From the NCBI RefSeq assembly GCF_037042905.1, contig NC_087245.1, positions 20,276,001 to 20,336,000 on the forward strand: a DNA stretch of 60,000 nt. Direction: 5' to 3'. Made by a program: the position numbers and the translations under genes. The notes beneath the pieces are model-generated. The model made no database searches. It was given only the letters and a program-made list of their open reading frames with translations, and had not been told where the DNA came from. Shown in pieces: positions 40,739 to 56,276 of this stretch (positions within the stretch are counted from its first letter, which is position 1; each line of letters begins with the position of its first letter). Source of the stretch: Lytechinus pictus (Eukaryota).

Positions 40739-42158
40739 AAGATAATTTTATAAATGACATGGTTTAATAAAGAGGGGGGGGGGGCTATACTAAGATTGCA
40801 GCACACAGCAGCCCCCCCCCCCTCCCTCCTTAGCTGAGCACTATTAGATACCTTACCTTACTCTGTGCCCTTTTCTAAATACCTTCTTGAAGGTACCACT
40901 CTAGTTCTCTTCAGTAAAGTTTTTAAAGTTCTATCTCCTCTCTACCTACCCCCTTCCTAAGAACAATTTTAACATGAGCAATTTCTAAAGGTCTTTCTTA
41001 TGCTAAGTAGGTGATGTACACTAACACAAAACAATGATAAATCAGAACATAAAGAGGCCTTGACTCTATACATTGACCAATCTACATACATTCCTAGGCT
41101 ACACAGACCTACTATAACTTTACCTGATGTAGCTCTGCTAGCCATTAAATCCATTTTTTTGCACCACTAGATGACTAAACATATTGATATCAGTGAGAAA
41201 TTGTTTGCTACTGAAGAGTTTGGCCAGGTATTCCATCCACTACTAGCTAGATTTCTCATATTACTTACAGGTGTCACGCGCGTAAAACATTCCCCATAGA
41301 CTTGTGTGTTAAGATGGCACTTTTGAAAAATTCATAAAAAATAAATGTGAAATTAGAGGGTGGAATGTTTACTACCAATGGATAGGATATATATCTGACA
41401 TTCCAAATCTGACCAGGAAAGGGTACCGTAGCCAGCTCATTTTAAAAATAAATCGCCATTTATGAAGATAACTATGAATCGATCGAATTCTTCAACTGAA
41501 ACAGTAAAATAGCCCTAATTATTCCGCCAGTCAAAAAATAGTTCCAAGTCACTTATTTATCTTCCCAATTTGGGCGAAGTAAGTTCAGTAGTTACCATTT
41601 CTAGAATCAGTGTTAGATTTTGAATCATATTCATACATTTTTGTCAATCAGCAATATCAAATTGACAAAAATTCGAATGGGTTGGGTCGAACGAATATCT
41701 TTAGCCCTCCTGATGTAATTAGGCTCGTGGAACCTATATTATATGACATATGTATTTTTTTTTTTTGAATAGCTACTTTGCTATTCTTTTATATCTGTAC
41801 ACTCACACTAGCACAAAGAAATGCATTGAAAATGCCTATTTTCTATGCAATGACCCATTTTAATGTGTTACCCATACATGTTATTTTCACTATATATGGA
41901 TGTATACAAATTCTACCTGCATAGAGCCCAACAGTGAATGCAATGACAATATAGGTCCCTGTCAATTGTAATATAAAGGTGTATGTAAATTCTGTGTAGA
42001 TATCAGGATACCAGAACTGCCCCAAACATATATACATGAGATTGGATGAGGAAACAATAAAAGAATGAGATACTACTTTATTATATTTGCATTTGACCTA
42101 TTCAAAATCTTCCTAGGGCTGTTGCCTCTCAAATGTAAGAAGGATAATATATACATAA

Positions 42159-42193
<35 letters not shown>

Positions 42194-43614
42194 AAGATAA
42201 TTTTATAAATGACATGGTTTAATAAAGAGGGGGGGGGGGGCTATACTAAGATTGCAGCACACAGCAGCCCCCCCCCCCTCCCTCCTTAGCTGAGCACTAT
42301 TAGATACCTTACCTTACTCTGTGCCCTTTTCTAAATACCTTCTTGAAGGTACCACTCTAGTTCTCTTCAGTAAAGTTTTTAAAGTTCTATCTCCTCTCTA
42401 CCTACCCCCTTCCTAAGAACAATTTTAACATGAGCAATTTCTAAAGGTCTTTCTTATGCTAAGTAGGTGATGTACACTAACACAAAACAATGATAAATCA
42501 GAACATAAAGAGGCCTTGACTCTATACATTGACCAATCTACATACATTCCTAGGCTACACAGACCTACTATAACTTTACCTGATGTAGCTCTGCTAGCCA
42601 TTAAATCCATTTTTTTGCACCACTAGATGACTAAACATATTGATATCAGTGAGAAATTGTTTGCTACTGAAGAGTTTGGCCAGGTATTCCATCCACTACT
42701 AGCTAGATTTCTCATATTACTTACAGGTGTCACGCGCGTAAAACATTCCCCATAGACTTGTGTGTTAAGATGGCACTTTTGAAAAATTCATAAAAAATAA
42801 ATGTGAAATTAGAGGGTGGAATGTTTACTACCAATGGATAGGATATATATCTGACATTCCAAATCTGACCAGGAAAGGGTACCGTAGCCAGCTCATTTTA
42901 AAAATAAATCGCCATTTATGAAGATAACTATGAATCGATCGAATTCTTCAACTGAAACAGTAAAATAGCCCTAATTATTCCGCCAGTCAAAAAATAGTTC
43001 CAAGTCACTTATTTATCTTCCCAATTTGGGCGAAGTAAGTTCAGTAGTTACCATTTCTAGAATCAGTGTTAGATTTTGAATCACATTCATACATTTTTGT
43101 CAATCAGCAATATCAAATTGACAAAAATTCGAATGGGTTGGGTCGAACGAATATCTTTAGCCCTCCTGATGTAATTAGGCTCGTGGAACCTATATTATAT
43201 GACATATGTATTTTTTTTTTTTGAATAGCTACTTTGCTATTCTTTTATATCTGTACACTCACACTAGCACAAAGAAATGCATTGAAAATGCCTATTTTCT
43301 ATGCAATGACCCATTTTAATGTGTTACCCTTACATGTTATTTTCACTATATATGGATGTATACAAATTCTACCTGCATAGAGCCCAACAGTGAATGCAAT
43401 GACAATATAGGTCCCTGTCAATTGTAATATAAAGGTGTATGTAAATTCTGTGTAGATATCAGGATACCAGAACTGCCCCAAACATATATACATGAGATTG
43501 GATGAGGAAACAATAAAAGAATGAGATACTACTTTATTATATTTGCATTTGACCTATTCAAAATCTTCCTAGGGCTGTTGCCTCTCAAATGTAAGAAGGA
43601 TAATATATACATAA

Positions 43615-43649
<35 letters not shown>

Positions 43650-45070
43650 AAGATAATTTTATAAATGACATGGTTTAATAAAGAGGGGGGGGGGGGCTAT
43701 ACTAAGATTGCAGCACACAGCAGCCCCCCCCCCCTCCCTCCTTAGCTGAGCACTATTAGATACCTTACCTTACTCTGTGCCCTTTTCTAAATACCTTCTT
43801 GAAGGTACCACTCTAGTTCTCTTCAGTAAAGTTTTTAAAGTTCTATCTCCTCTCTACCTACCCCCTTCCTAAGAACAATTTTAACATGAGCAATTTCTAA
43901 AGGTCTTTCTTATGCTAAGTAGGTGATGTACACTAACACAAAACAATGATAAATCAGAACATAAAGAGGCCTTGACTCTATACATTGACCAATCTACATA
44001 CATTCCTAGGCTACACAGACCTACTATAACTTTACCTGATGTAGCTCTGCTAGCCATTAAATCCATTTTTTTGCACCACTAGATGACTAAACATATTGAT
44101 ATCAGTGAGAAATTGTTTGCTACTGAAGAGTTTGGCCAGGTATTCCATCCACTACTAGCTAGATTTCTCATATTACTTACAGGTGTCACGCGCGTAAAAC
44201 ATTCCCCATAGACTTGTGTGTTAAGATGGCACTTTTGAAAAATTCATAAAAAATAAATGTGAAATTAGAGGGTGGAATGTTTACTACCAATGGATAGGAT
44301 ATATATCTGACATTCCAAATCTGACCAGGAAAGGGTACCGTAGCCAGCTCATTTTAAAAATAAATCGCCATTTATGAAGATAACTATGAATCGATCGAAT
44401 TCTTCAACTGAAACAGTAAAATAGCCCTAATTATTCCGCCAGTCAAAAAATAGTTCCAAGTCACTTATTTATCTTCCCAATTTGGGCGAAGTAAGTTCAG
44501 TAGTTACCATTTCTAGAATCAGTGTTAGATTTTGAATCATATTCATACATTTTTGTCAATCAGCAATATCAAATTGACAAAAATTCGAATGGGTTGGGTC
44601 GAACGAATATCTTTAGCCCTCCTGATGTAATTAGGCTCGTGGAACCTATATTATATGACATATGTATTTTTTTTTTTTGAATAGCTACTTTGCTATTCTT
44701 TTATATCTGTACACTCACACTAGCACAAAGAAATGCATTGAAAATGCCTATTTTCTATGCAATGACCCATTTTAATGTGTTACCCATACATGTTATTTTC
44801 ACTATATATGGATGTATACAAATTCTACCTGCATAGAGCCCAACAGTGAATGCAATGACAATATAGGTCCCTGTCAATTGTAATATAAAGGTGTATGTAA
44901 ATTCTGTGTAGATATCAGGATACCAGAACTGCCCCAAACATATATACATGAGATTGGATGAGGAAACAATAAAAGAATGAGATACTACTTTATTATATTT
45001 GCATTTGACCTATTCAAAATCTTCCTAGGGCTGTTGCCTCTCAAATGTAAGAAGGATAATATATACATAA

Positions 45071-45105
<35 letters not shown>

Positions 45106-46523
45106 AAGATAATTTTATAAATGACATGGTTTAATAAAGAGGGGGGGGGGGCTATACTAAGATTGCAGCACACAGCAGCCCCCCCCCTCCCTCCTTAGCT
45201 GAGCACTATTAGATACCTTACCTTACTCTGTGCCCTTTTCTAAATACCTTCTTGAAGGTACCACTCTAGTTCTCTTCAGTAAAGTTTTTAAAGTTCTATC
45301 TCCTCTCTACCTACCCCCTTCCTAAGAACAATTTTAACATGAGCAATTTCTAAAGGTCTTTCTTATGCTAAGTAGGTGATGTACACTAACACAAAACAAT
45401 GATAAATCAGAACATAAAGAGGCCTTGACTCTATACATTGACCAATCTACATACATTCCTAGGCTACACAGACCTACTATAACTTTACCTGATGTAGCTC
45501 TGCTAGCCATTAAATCCATTTTTTTGCACCACTAGATGACTAAACATATTGATATCAGTGAGAAATTGTTTGCTACTGAAGAGTTTGGCCAGGTATTCCA
45601 TCCACTACTAGCTAGATTTCTCATATTACTTACAGGTGTCACGCGCGTAAAACATTCCCCATAGACTTGTGTGTTAAGATGGCACTTTTGAAAAATTCAT
45701 AAAAAATAAATGTGAAATTAGAGGGTGGAATGTTTACTACCAATGGATAGGATATATATCTGACATTCCAAATCTGACCAGGAAAGGGTACCGTAGCCAG
45801 CTCATTTTAAAAATAAATCGCCATTTATGAAGATAACTATGAATCGATCGAATTCTTCAACTGAAACAGTAAAATAGCCCTAATTATTCCGCCAGTCAAA
45901 AAATAGTTCCAAGTCACTTATTTATCTTCCCAATTTGGGCGAAGTAAGTTCAGTAGTTACCATTTCTAGAATCAGTGTTAGATTTTGAATCATATTCATA
46001 CATTTTTGTCAATCAGCAATATCAAATTGACAAAAATTCGAATGGGTTGGGTCGAACGAATATCTTTAGCCCTCCTGATGTAATTAGGCTCGTGGAACCT
46101 ATATTATATGACATATGTATTTTTTTTTTTTGAATAGCTACTTTGCTATTCTTTTATATCTGTACACTCACACTAGCACAAAGAAATGCATTGAAAATGC
46201 CTATTTTCTATGCAATGACCCATTTTAATGTGTTACCCATACATGTTATTTTCACTATATATGGATGTATACAAATTCTACCTGCATAGAGCCCAACAGT
46301 GAATGCAATGACAATATAGGTCCCTGTCAATTGTAATATAAAGGTGTATGTAAATTCTGTGTAGATATCAGGATACCAGAACTGCCCCAAACATATATAC
46401 ATGAGATTGGATGAGGAAACAATAAAAGAATGAGATACTACTTTATTATATTTGCATTTGACCTATTCAAAATCTTCCTAGGGCTGTTGCCTCTCAAATG
46501 TAAGAAGGATAATATATACATAA

Positions 46524-46558
<35 letters not shown>

Positions 46559-47982
46559 AAGATAATTTTATAAATGACATGGTTTAATAAAGAGGGGGGG
46601 GGGGGGGCTATACTAAGATTGCAGCACACAGCAGCCCCCCCCCCCCTCCCTCCTTAGCTGAGCACTATTAGATACCTTACCTTACTCTGTGCCCTTTTCT
46701 AAATACCTTCTTGAAGGTACCACTCTAGTTCTCTTCAGTAAAGTTTTTAAAGTTCTATCTCCTCTCTACCTACCCCCTTCCTAAGAACAATTTTAACATG
46801 AGCAATTTCTAAAGGTCTTTCTTATGCTAAGTAGGTGATGTACACTAACACAAAACAATGATAAATCAGAACATAAAGAGGCCTTGACTCTATACATTGA
46901 CCAATCTACATACATTCCTAGGCTACACAGACCTACTATAACTTTACCTGATGTAGCTCTGCTAGCCATTAAATCCATTTTTTTGCACCACTAGATGACT
47001 AAACATATTGATATCAGTGAGAAATTGTTTGCTACTGAAGAGTTTGGCCAGGTATTCCATCCACTACTAGCTAGATTTCTCATATTACTTACAGGTGTCA
47101 CGCGCGTAAAACATTCCCCATAGACTTGTGTGTTAAGATGGCACTTTTGAAAAATTCATAAAAAATAAATGTGAAATTAGAGGGTGGAATGTTTACTACC
47201 AATGGATAGGATATATATCTGACATTCCAAATCTGACCAGGAAAGGGTACCGTAGCCAGCTCATTTTAAAAATAAATCGCCATTTATGAAGATAACTATG
47301 AATCGATCGAATTCTTCAACTGAAACAGTAAAATAGCCCTAATTATTCCGCCAGTCAAAAAATAGTTCCAAGTCACTTATTTATCTTCCCAATTTGGGCG
47401 AAGTAAGTTCAGTAGTTACCATTTCTAGAATCAGTGTTAGATTTTGAATCACATTCATACATTTTTGTCAATCAGCAATATCAAATTGACAAAAATTCGA
47501 ATGGGTTGGGTCGAACGAATATCTTTAGCCCTCCTGATGTAATTAGGCTCGTGGAACCTATATTATATGACATATGTATTTTTTTTTTTTGAATAGCTAC
47601 TTTGCTATTCTTTTATATCTGTACACTCACACTAGCACAAAGAAATGCATTGAAAATGCCTATTTTCTATGCAATGACCCATTTTAATGTGTTACCCTTA
47701 CATGTTATTTTCACTATATATGGATGTATACAAATTCTACCTGCATAGAGCCCAACAGTGAATGCAATGACAATATAGGTCCCTGTCAATTGTAATATAA
47801 AGGTGTATGTAAATTCTGTGTAGATATCAGGATACCAGAACTGCCCCAAACATATATACATGAGATTGGATGAGGAAACAATAAAAGAATGAGATACTAC
47901 TTTATTATATTTGCATTTGACCTATTCAAAATCTTCCTAGGGCTGTTGCCTCTCAAATGTAAGAAGGATAATATATACATAA

Positions 47983-48021
<39 letters not shown>

Positions 48022-49442
48022 AAGATAATTTTATAAATGACATGGTTTAATAAAGAGGGGGGGGGGGCTATACTAAGATTGCAGCACACAGCAGCCCCCC
48101 CCCCCCTCCCTCCTTAGCTGAGCACTATTAGATACCTTACCTTACTCTGTGCCCTTTTCTAAATACCTTCTTGAAGGTACCACTCTAGTTCTCTTCAGTA
48201 AAGTTTTTAAAGTTCTATCTCCTCTCTACCTATCCCCTTCCTAAGAACAATTTTAACATGAGCAATTTCTAAAGGTCTTTCTTATGCTAAGTAGGTGATG
48301 TACACTAACACAAAACAATGATAAATCAGAACATAAAGAGGCCTTGACTCTATACATTGACCAATCTACATACATTCCTAGGCTACACAGACCTACTATA
48401 ACTTTACCTGATGTAGCTCTGCTAGCCATTAAATCCATTTTTTTGCACCACTAGATGACTAAACATATTGATATCAGTGAGAAATTGTTTGCTACTGAAG
48501 AGTTTGGCCAGGTATTCCATCCACTACTAGCTAGATTTCTCATATTACTTACAGGTGTCACGCGCGTAAAACATTCCCCATAGACTTGTGTGTTAAGATG
48601 GCACTTTTGAAAAATTCATAAAAAATAAATGTGAAATTAGAGGGTGGAATGTTTACTACCAATGGATAGGATATATATCTGACATTCCAAATCTGACCAG
48701 GAAAGGGTACCGTAGCCAGCTCATTTTAAAAATAAATCGCCATTTATGAAGATAACTATGAATCGATCGAATTCTTCAACTGAAACAGTAAAATAGCCCT
48801 AATTATTCCGCCAGTCAAAAAATAGTTCCAAGTCACTTATTTATCTTCCCAATTTGGGCGAAGTAAGTTCAGTAGTTACCATTTCTAGAATCAGTGTTAG
48901 ATTTTGAATCACATTCATACATTTTTGTCAATCAGCAATATCAAATTGACAAAAATTCGAATGGGTTGGGTCGAACGAATATCTTTAGCCCTCCTGATGT
49001 AATTAGGCTCGTGGAACCTATATTATATGACATATGTATTTTTTTTTTTTGAATAGCTACTTTGCTATTCTTTTATATCTGTACACTCACACTAGCACAA
49101 AGAAATGCATTGAAAATGCCTATTTTCTATGCAATGACCCATTTTAATGTGTTACCCATACATGTTATTTTCACTATATATGGATGTATACAAATTCTAC
49201 CTGCATAGAGCCCAACAGTGAATGCAATGACAATATAGGTCCCTGTCAATTGTAATATAAAGGTGTATGTAAATTCTGTGTAGATATCAGGATACCAGAA
49301 CTGCCCCAAACATATATACATGAGATTGGATGAGGAAACAATAAAAGAATGAGATACTACTTTATTATATTTGCATTTGACCTATTCAAAATCTTCCTAG
49401 GGCTGTTGCCTCTCAAATGTAAGAAGGATAATATATACATAA

Positions 49443-49477
<35 letters not shown>

Positions 49478-50893
49478 AAGATAATTTTATAAATGACATG
49501 GTTTAATAAAGAGGGGGGGGCTATACTAAGATTGCAGCACACAGCAGCCCCCCCCCCTCCCTCCTTAGCTGAGCACTATTAGATACCTTACCTTACTCTG
49601 TGCCCTTTTCTAAATACCTTCTTGAAGGTACCACTCTAGTTCTCTTCAGTAAAGTTTTTAAAGTTCTATCTCCTCTCTACCTACCCCCTTCCTAAGAACA
49701 ATTTTAACATGAGCAATTTCTAAAGGTCTTTCTTATGCTAAGTAGGTGATGTACACTAACACAAAACAATGATAAATCAGAACATAAAGAGGCCTTGACT
49801 CTATACATTGACCAATCTACATACATTCCTAGGCTACACAGACCTACTATAACTTTACCTGATGTAGCTCTGCTAGCCATTAAATCCATTTTTTTGCACC
49901 ACTAGATGACTAAACATATTGATATCAGTGAGAAATTGTTTGCTACTGAAGAGTTTGGCCAGGTATTCCATCCACTACTAGCTAGATTTCTCATATTACT
50001 TACAGGTGTCACGCGCGTAAAACATTCCCCATAGACTTGTGTGTTAAGATGGCACTTTTGAAAAATTCATAAAAAATAAATGTGAAATTAGAGGGTGGAA
50101 TGTTTACTACCAATGGATAGGATATATATCTGACATTCCAAATCTGACCAGGAAAGGGTACCGTAGCCAGCTCATTTTAAAAATAAATCGCCATTTATGA
50201 AGATAACTATGAATCGATCGAATTCTTCAACTGAAACAGTAAAATAGCCCTAATTATTCCGCCAGTCAAAAAATAGTTCCAAGTCACTTATTTATCTTCC
50301 CAATTTGGGCGAAGTAAGTTCAGTAGTTACCATTTCTAGAATCAGTGTTAGATTTTGAATCACATTCATACATTTTTGTCAATCAGCAATATCAAATTGA
50401 CAAAAATTCGAATGGGTTGGGTCGAACGAATATCTTTAGCCCTCCTGATGTAATTAGGCTCGTGGAACCTATATTATATGACATATGTATTTTTTTTTTT
50501 TGAATAGCTACTTTGCTATTCTTTTATATCTGTACACTCACACTAGCACAAAGAAATGCATTGAAAATGCCTATTTTCTATGCAATGACCCATTTTAATG
50601 TGTTACCCATACATGTTATTTTCACTATATATGGATGTATACAAATTCTACCTGCATAGAGCCCAACAGTGAATGCAATGACAATATAGGTCCCTGTCAA
50701 TTGTAATATAAAGGTGTATGTAAATTCTGTGTAGATATCAGGATACCAGAACTGCCCCAAACATATATACATGAGATTGGATGAGGAAACAATAAAAGAA
50801 TGAGATACTACTTTATTATATTTGCATTTGACCTATTCAAAATCTTCCTAGGGCTGTTGCCTCTCAAATGTAAGAAGGATAATATATACATAA

Positions 50894-50924
<31 letters not shown>

Positions 50925-51878
50925 AAGAAAGATAATTTTATAAATGACATGGTTTAATAAAGAGGGGGGGGGGCTATACTAAGATTGCAGCACACAGCAG
51001 CCCCCCCCCCCTCCCTCCTTAGCTGAGCACTATTAGATACCTTACCTTACTCTGTGCCCTTTTCTAAATACCTTCTTGAAGGTACCACTCTAGTTCTCTT
51101 CAGTAAAGTTTTTAAAGTTCTATCTCCTCTCTACCTACCCCCTTCCTAAGAACAATTTTAACATGAGCAATTTCTAAAGGTCTTTCTTATGCTAAGTAGG
51201 TGATGTACACTAACACAAAACAATGATAAATCAGAACATAAAGAGGCCTTGACTCTATACATTGACCAATCTACATACATTCCTAGGCTACACAGACCTA
51301 CTATAACTTTACCTGATGTAGCTCTGCTAGCCATTAAATCCATTTTTTTGCACCACTAGATGACTAAACATATTGATATCAGTGAGAAATTGTTTGCTAC
51401 TGAAGAGTTTGGCCAGGTATTCCATCCACTACTAGCTAGATTTCTCATATTACTTATATTATATGACATATGTATTTTTTTTTTTTGAATAGCTACTTTG
51501 CTATTCTTTTATATCTGTACACTCACACTAGCACAAAGAAATGCATTGAAAATGCCTATTTTCTATGCAATGACCCATTTTAATGTGTTACCCTTACATG
51601 TTATTTTCACTATATATGGATGTATACAAATTCTACCTGCATAGAGCCCAACAGTGAATGCAATGACAATATAGGTCCCTGTCAATTGTAATATAAAGGT
51701 GTATGTAAATTCTGTGTAGATATCAGGATACCAGAACTGCCCCAAACATATATACATGAGATTGGATGAGGAAACAATAAAAGAATGAGATACTACTTTA
51801 TTATATTTGCATTTGACCTATTCAAAATCTTCCTAGGGCTGTTGCCTCTCAAATGTAAGAAGGATAATATATACATAA

Positions 51879-51913
<35 letters not shown>

Positions 51914-53333
51914 AAGATAATTTTATAAATGACATGGTTTAATAAAGAGGGGGGGGGGGGGCTATACTAAGATTGCAGCACACAGCAGCCCCCCCCCTCC
52001 CTCCTTAGCTGAGCACTATTAGATACCTTACCTTACTCTGTGCCCTTTTCTAAATACCTTCTTGAAGGTACCACTCTAGTTCTCTTCAGTAAAGTTTTTA
52101 AAGTTCTATCTCCTCTCTACCTATCCCCTTCCTAAGAACAATTTTAACATGAGCAATTTCTAAAGGTCTTTCTTATGCTAAGTAGGTGATGTACACTAAC
52201 ACAAAACAATGATAAATCAGAACATAAAGAGGCCTTGACTCTATACATTGACCAATCTACATACATTCCTAGGCTACACAGACCTACTATAACTTTACCT
52301 GATGTAGCTCTGCTAGCTATTAAATCCATTTTTTTGCACCACTAGATGACTAAACATATTGATATCAGTGAGAAATTGTTTGCTACTGAAGAGTTTGGCC
52401 AGGTATTCCATCCACTACTAGCTAGATTTCTCATATTACTTACAGGTGTCACGCGCGTAAAACATTCCCCATAGACTTGTGTGTTAAGATGGCACTTTTG
52501 AAAAATTCATAAAAAATAAATGTGAAATTAGAGGGTGGAATGTTTACTACCAATGGATAGGATATATATCTGACATTCCAAATCTGACCAGGAAAGGGTA
52601 CCGTAGCCAGCTCATTTTAAAAATAAATCGCCATTTATGAAGATAACTATGAATCGATCGAATTCTTCAACTGAAACAGTAAAATAGCCCTAATTATTCC
52701 GCCAGTCAAAAAATAGTTCCAAGTCACTTATTTATCTTCCCAATTTGGGCGAAGTAAGTTCAGTAGTTACCATTTCTAGAATCAGTGTTAGATTTTGAAT
52801 CACATTCATACATTTTTGTCAATCAGCAATATCAAATTGACAAAAATTCGAATGGGTTGGGTCGAACGAATATCTTTAGCCCTCCTGATGTAATTAGGCT
52901 CGTGGAACCTATATTATATGACATATGTATTTTTTTTTTTTGAATAGCTACTTTGCTATTCTTTTATATCTGTACACTCACACTAGCACAAAGAAATGCA
53001 TTGAAAATGCCTATTTTCTATGCAATGACCCATTTTAATGTGTTACCCATACATGTTATTTTCACTATATATGGATGTATACAAATTCTACCTGCATAGA
53101 GCCCAACAGTGAATGCAATGACAATATAGGTCCCTGTCAATTGTAATATAAAGGTGTATGTAAATTCTGTGTAGATATCAGGATACCAGAACTGCCCCAA
53201 ACATATATACATGAGATTGGATGAGGAAACAATAAAAGAATGAGATACTACTTTATTATATTTGCATTTGACCTATTCAAAATCTTCCTAGGGCTGTTGC
53301 CTCTCAAATGTAAGAAGGATAATATATACATAA

Positions 53334-53368
<35 letters not shown>

Positions 53369-54785
53369 AAGATAATTTTATAAATGACATGGTTTAATAA
53401 AGAGGGGGGGGGGCTATACTAAGATTGCAGCACACAGCAGCCCCCCCCCTCCCTCCTTAGCTGAGCACTATTAGATACCTTACCTTACTCTGTGCCCTTT
53501 TCTAAATACCTTCTTGAAGGTACCACTCTAGTTCTCTTCAGTAAAGTTTTTAAAGTTCTATCTCCTCTCTACCTACCCCCTTCCTAAGAACAATTTTAAC
53601 ATGAGCAATTTCTAAAGGTCTTTCTTATGCTAAGTAGGTGATGTACACTAACACAAAACAATGATAAATCAGAACATAAAGAGGCCTTGACTCTATACAT
53701 TGACCAATCTACATACATTCCTAGGCTACACAGACCTACTATAACTTTACCTGATGTAGCTCTGCTAGCCATTAAATCCATTTTTTTGCACCACTAGATG
53801 ACTAAACATATTGATATCAGTGAGAAATTGTTTGCTACTGAAGAGTTTGGCCAGGTATTCCATCCACTACTAGCTAGATTTCTCATATTACTTACAGGTG
53901 TCACGCGCGTAAAACATTCCCCATAGACTTGTGTGTTAAGATGGCACTTTTGAAAAATTCATAAAAAATAAATGTGAAATTAGAGGGTGGAATGTTTACT
54001 ACCAATGGATAGGATATATATCTGACATTCCAAATCTGACCAGGAAAGGGTACCGTAGCCAGCTCATTTTAAAAATAAATCGCCATTTATGAAGATAACT
54101 ATGAATCGATCGAATTCTTCAACTGAAACAGTAAAATAGCCCTAATTATTCCGCCAGTCAAAAAATAGTTCCAAGTCACTTATTTATCTTCCCAATTTGG
54201 GCGAAGTAAGTTCAGTAGTTACCATTTCTAGAATCAGTGTTAGATTTTGAATCACATTCATACATTTTTGTCAATCAGCAATATCAAATTGACAAAAATT
54301 CGAATGGGTTGGGTCGAACGAATATCTTTAGCCCTCCTGATGTAATTAGGCTCGTGGAACCTATATTATATGACATATGTATTTTTTTTTTTTGAATAGC
54401 TACTTTGCTATTCTTTTATATCTGTACACTCACACTAGCACAAAGAAATGCATTGAAAATGCCTATTTTCTATGCAATGACCCATTTTAATGTGTTACCC
54501 ATACATGTTATTTTCACTATATATGGATGTATACAAATTCTACCTGCATAGAGCCCAACAGTGAATGCAATGACAATATAGGTCCCTGTCAATTGTAATA
54601 TAAAGGTGTATGTAAATTCTGTGTAGATATCAGGATACCAGAACTGCCCCAAACATATATACATGAGATTGGATGAGGAAACAATAAAAGAATGAGATAC
54701 TACTTTATTATATTTGCATTTGACCTATTCAAAATCTTCCTAGGGCTGTTGCCTCTCAAATGTAAGAAGGATAATATATACATAA

Positions 54786-54820
<35 letters not shown>

Positions 54821-56241
54821 AAGATAATTTTATAAATGACATGGTTTAATAAAGAGGGGGGGGGGGCTATACTAAGATTGCAGCACACAGCAGCCCCCCC
54901 CCCCCTCCCTCCTTAGCTGAGCACTATTAGATACCTTACCTTACTCTGTGCCCTTTTCTAAATACCTTCTTGAAGGTACCACTCTAGTTCTCTTCAGTAA
55001 AGTTTTTAAAGTTCTATCTCCTCTCTACCTACCCCCTTCCTAAGAACAATTTTAACATGAGCAATTTCTAAAGGTCTTTCTTATGCTAAGTAGGTGATGT
55101 ACACTAACACAAAACAATGATAAATCAGAACATAAAGAGGCCTTGACTCTATACATTGACCAATCTACATACATTCCTAGGCTACACAGACCTACTATAA
55201 CTTTACCTGATGTAGCTCTGCTAGCCATTAAATCCATTTTTTTGCACCACTAGATGACTAAACATATTGATATCAGTGAGAAATTGTTTGCTACTGAAGA
55301 GTTTGGCCAGGTATTCCATCCACTACTAGCTAGATTTCTCATATTACTTACAGGTGTCACGCGCGTAAAACATTCCCCATAGACTTGTGTGTTAAGATGG
55401 CACTTTTGAAAAATTCATAAAAAATAAATGTGAAATTAGAGGGTGGAATGTTTACTACCAATGGATAGGATATATATCTGACATTCCAAATCTGACCAGG
55501 AAAGGGTACCGTAGCCAGCTCATTTTAAAAATAAATCGCCATTTATGAAGATAACTATGAATCGATCGAATTCTTCAACTGAAACAGTAAAATAGCCCTA
55601 ATTATTCCGCCAGTCAAAAAATAGTTCCAAGTCACTTATTTATCTTCCCAATTTGGGCGAAGTAAGTTCAGTAGTTACCATTTCTAGAATCAGTGTTAGA
55701 TTTTGAATCACATTCATACATTTTTGTCAATCAGCAATATCAAATTGACAAAAATTCGAATGGGTTGGGTCGAACGAATATCTTTAGCCCTCCTGATGTA
55801 ATTAGGCTCGTGGAACCTATATTATATGACATATGTATTTTTTTTTTTTGAATAGCTACTTTGCTATTCTTTTATATCTGTACACTCACACTAGCACAAA
55901 GAAATGCATTGAAAATGCCTATTTTCTATGCAATGACCCATTTTAATGTGTTACCCATACATGTTATTTTCACTATATATGGATGTATACAAATTCTACC
56001 TGCATAGAGCCCAACAGTGAATGCAATGACAATATAGGTCCCTGTCAATTGTAATATAAAGGTGTATGTAAATTCTGTGTAGATATCAGGATACCAGAAC
56101 TGCCCCAAACATATATACATGAGATTGGATGAGGAAACAATAAAAGAATGAGATACTACTTTATTATATTTGCATTTGACCTATTCAAAATCTTCCTAGG
56201 GCTGTTGCCTCTCAAATGTAAGAAGGATAATATATACATAA

Positions 56242-56276
<35 letters not shown>

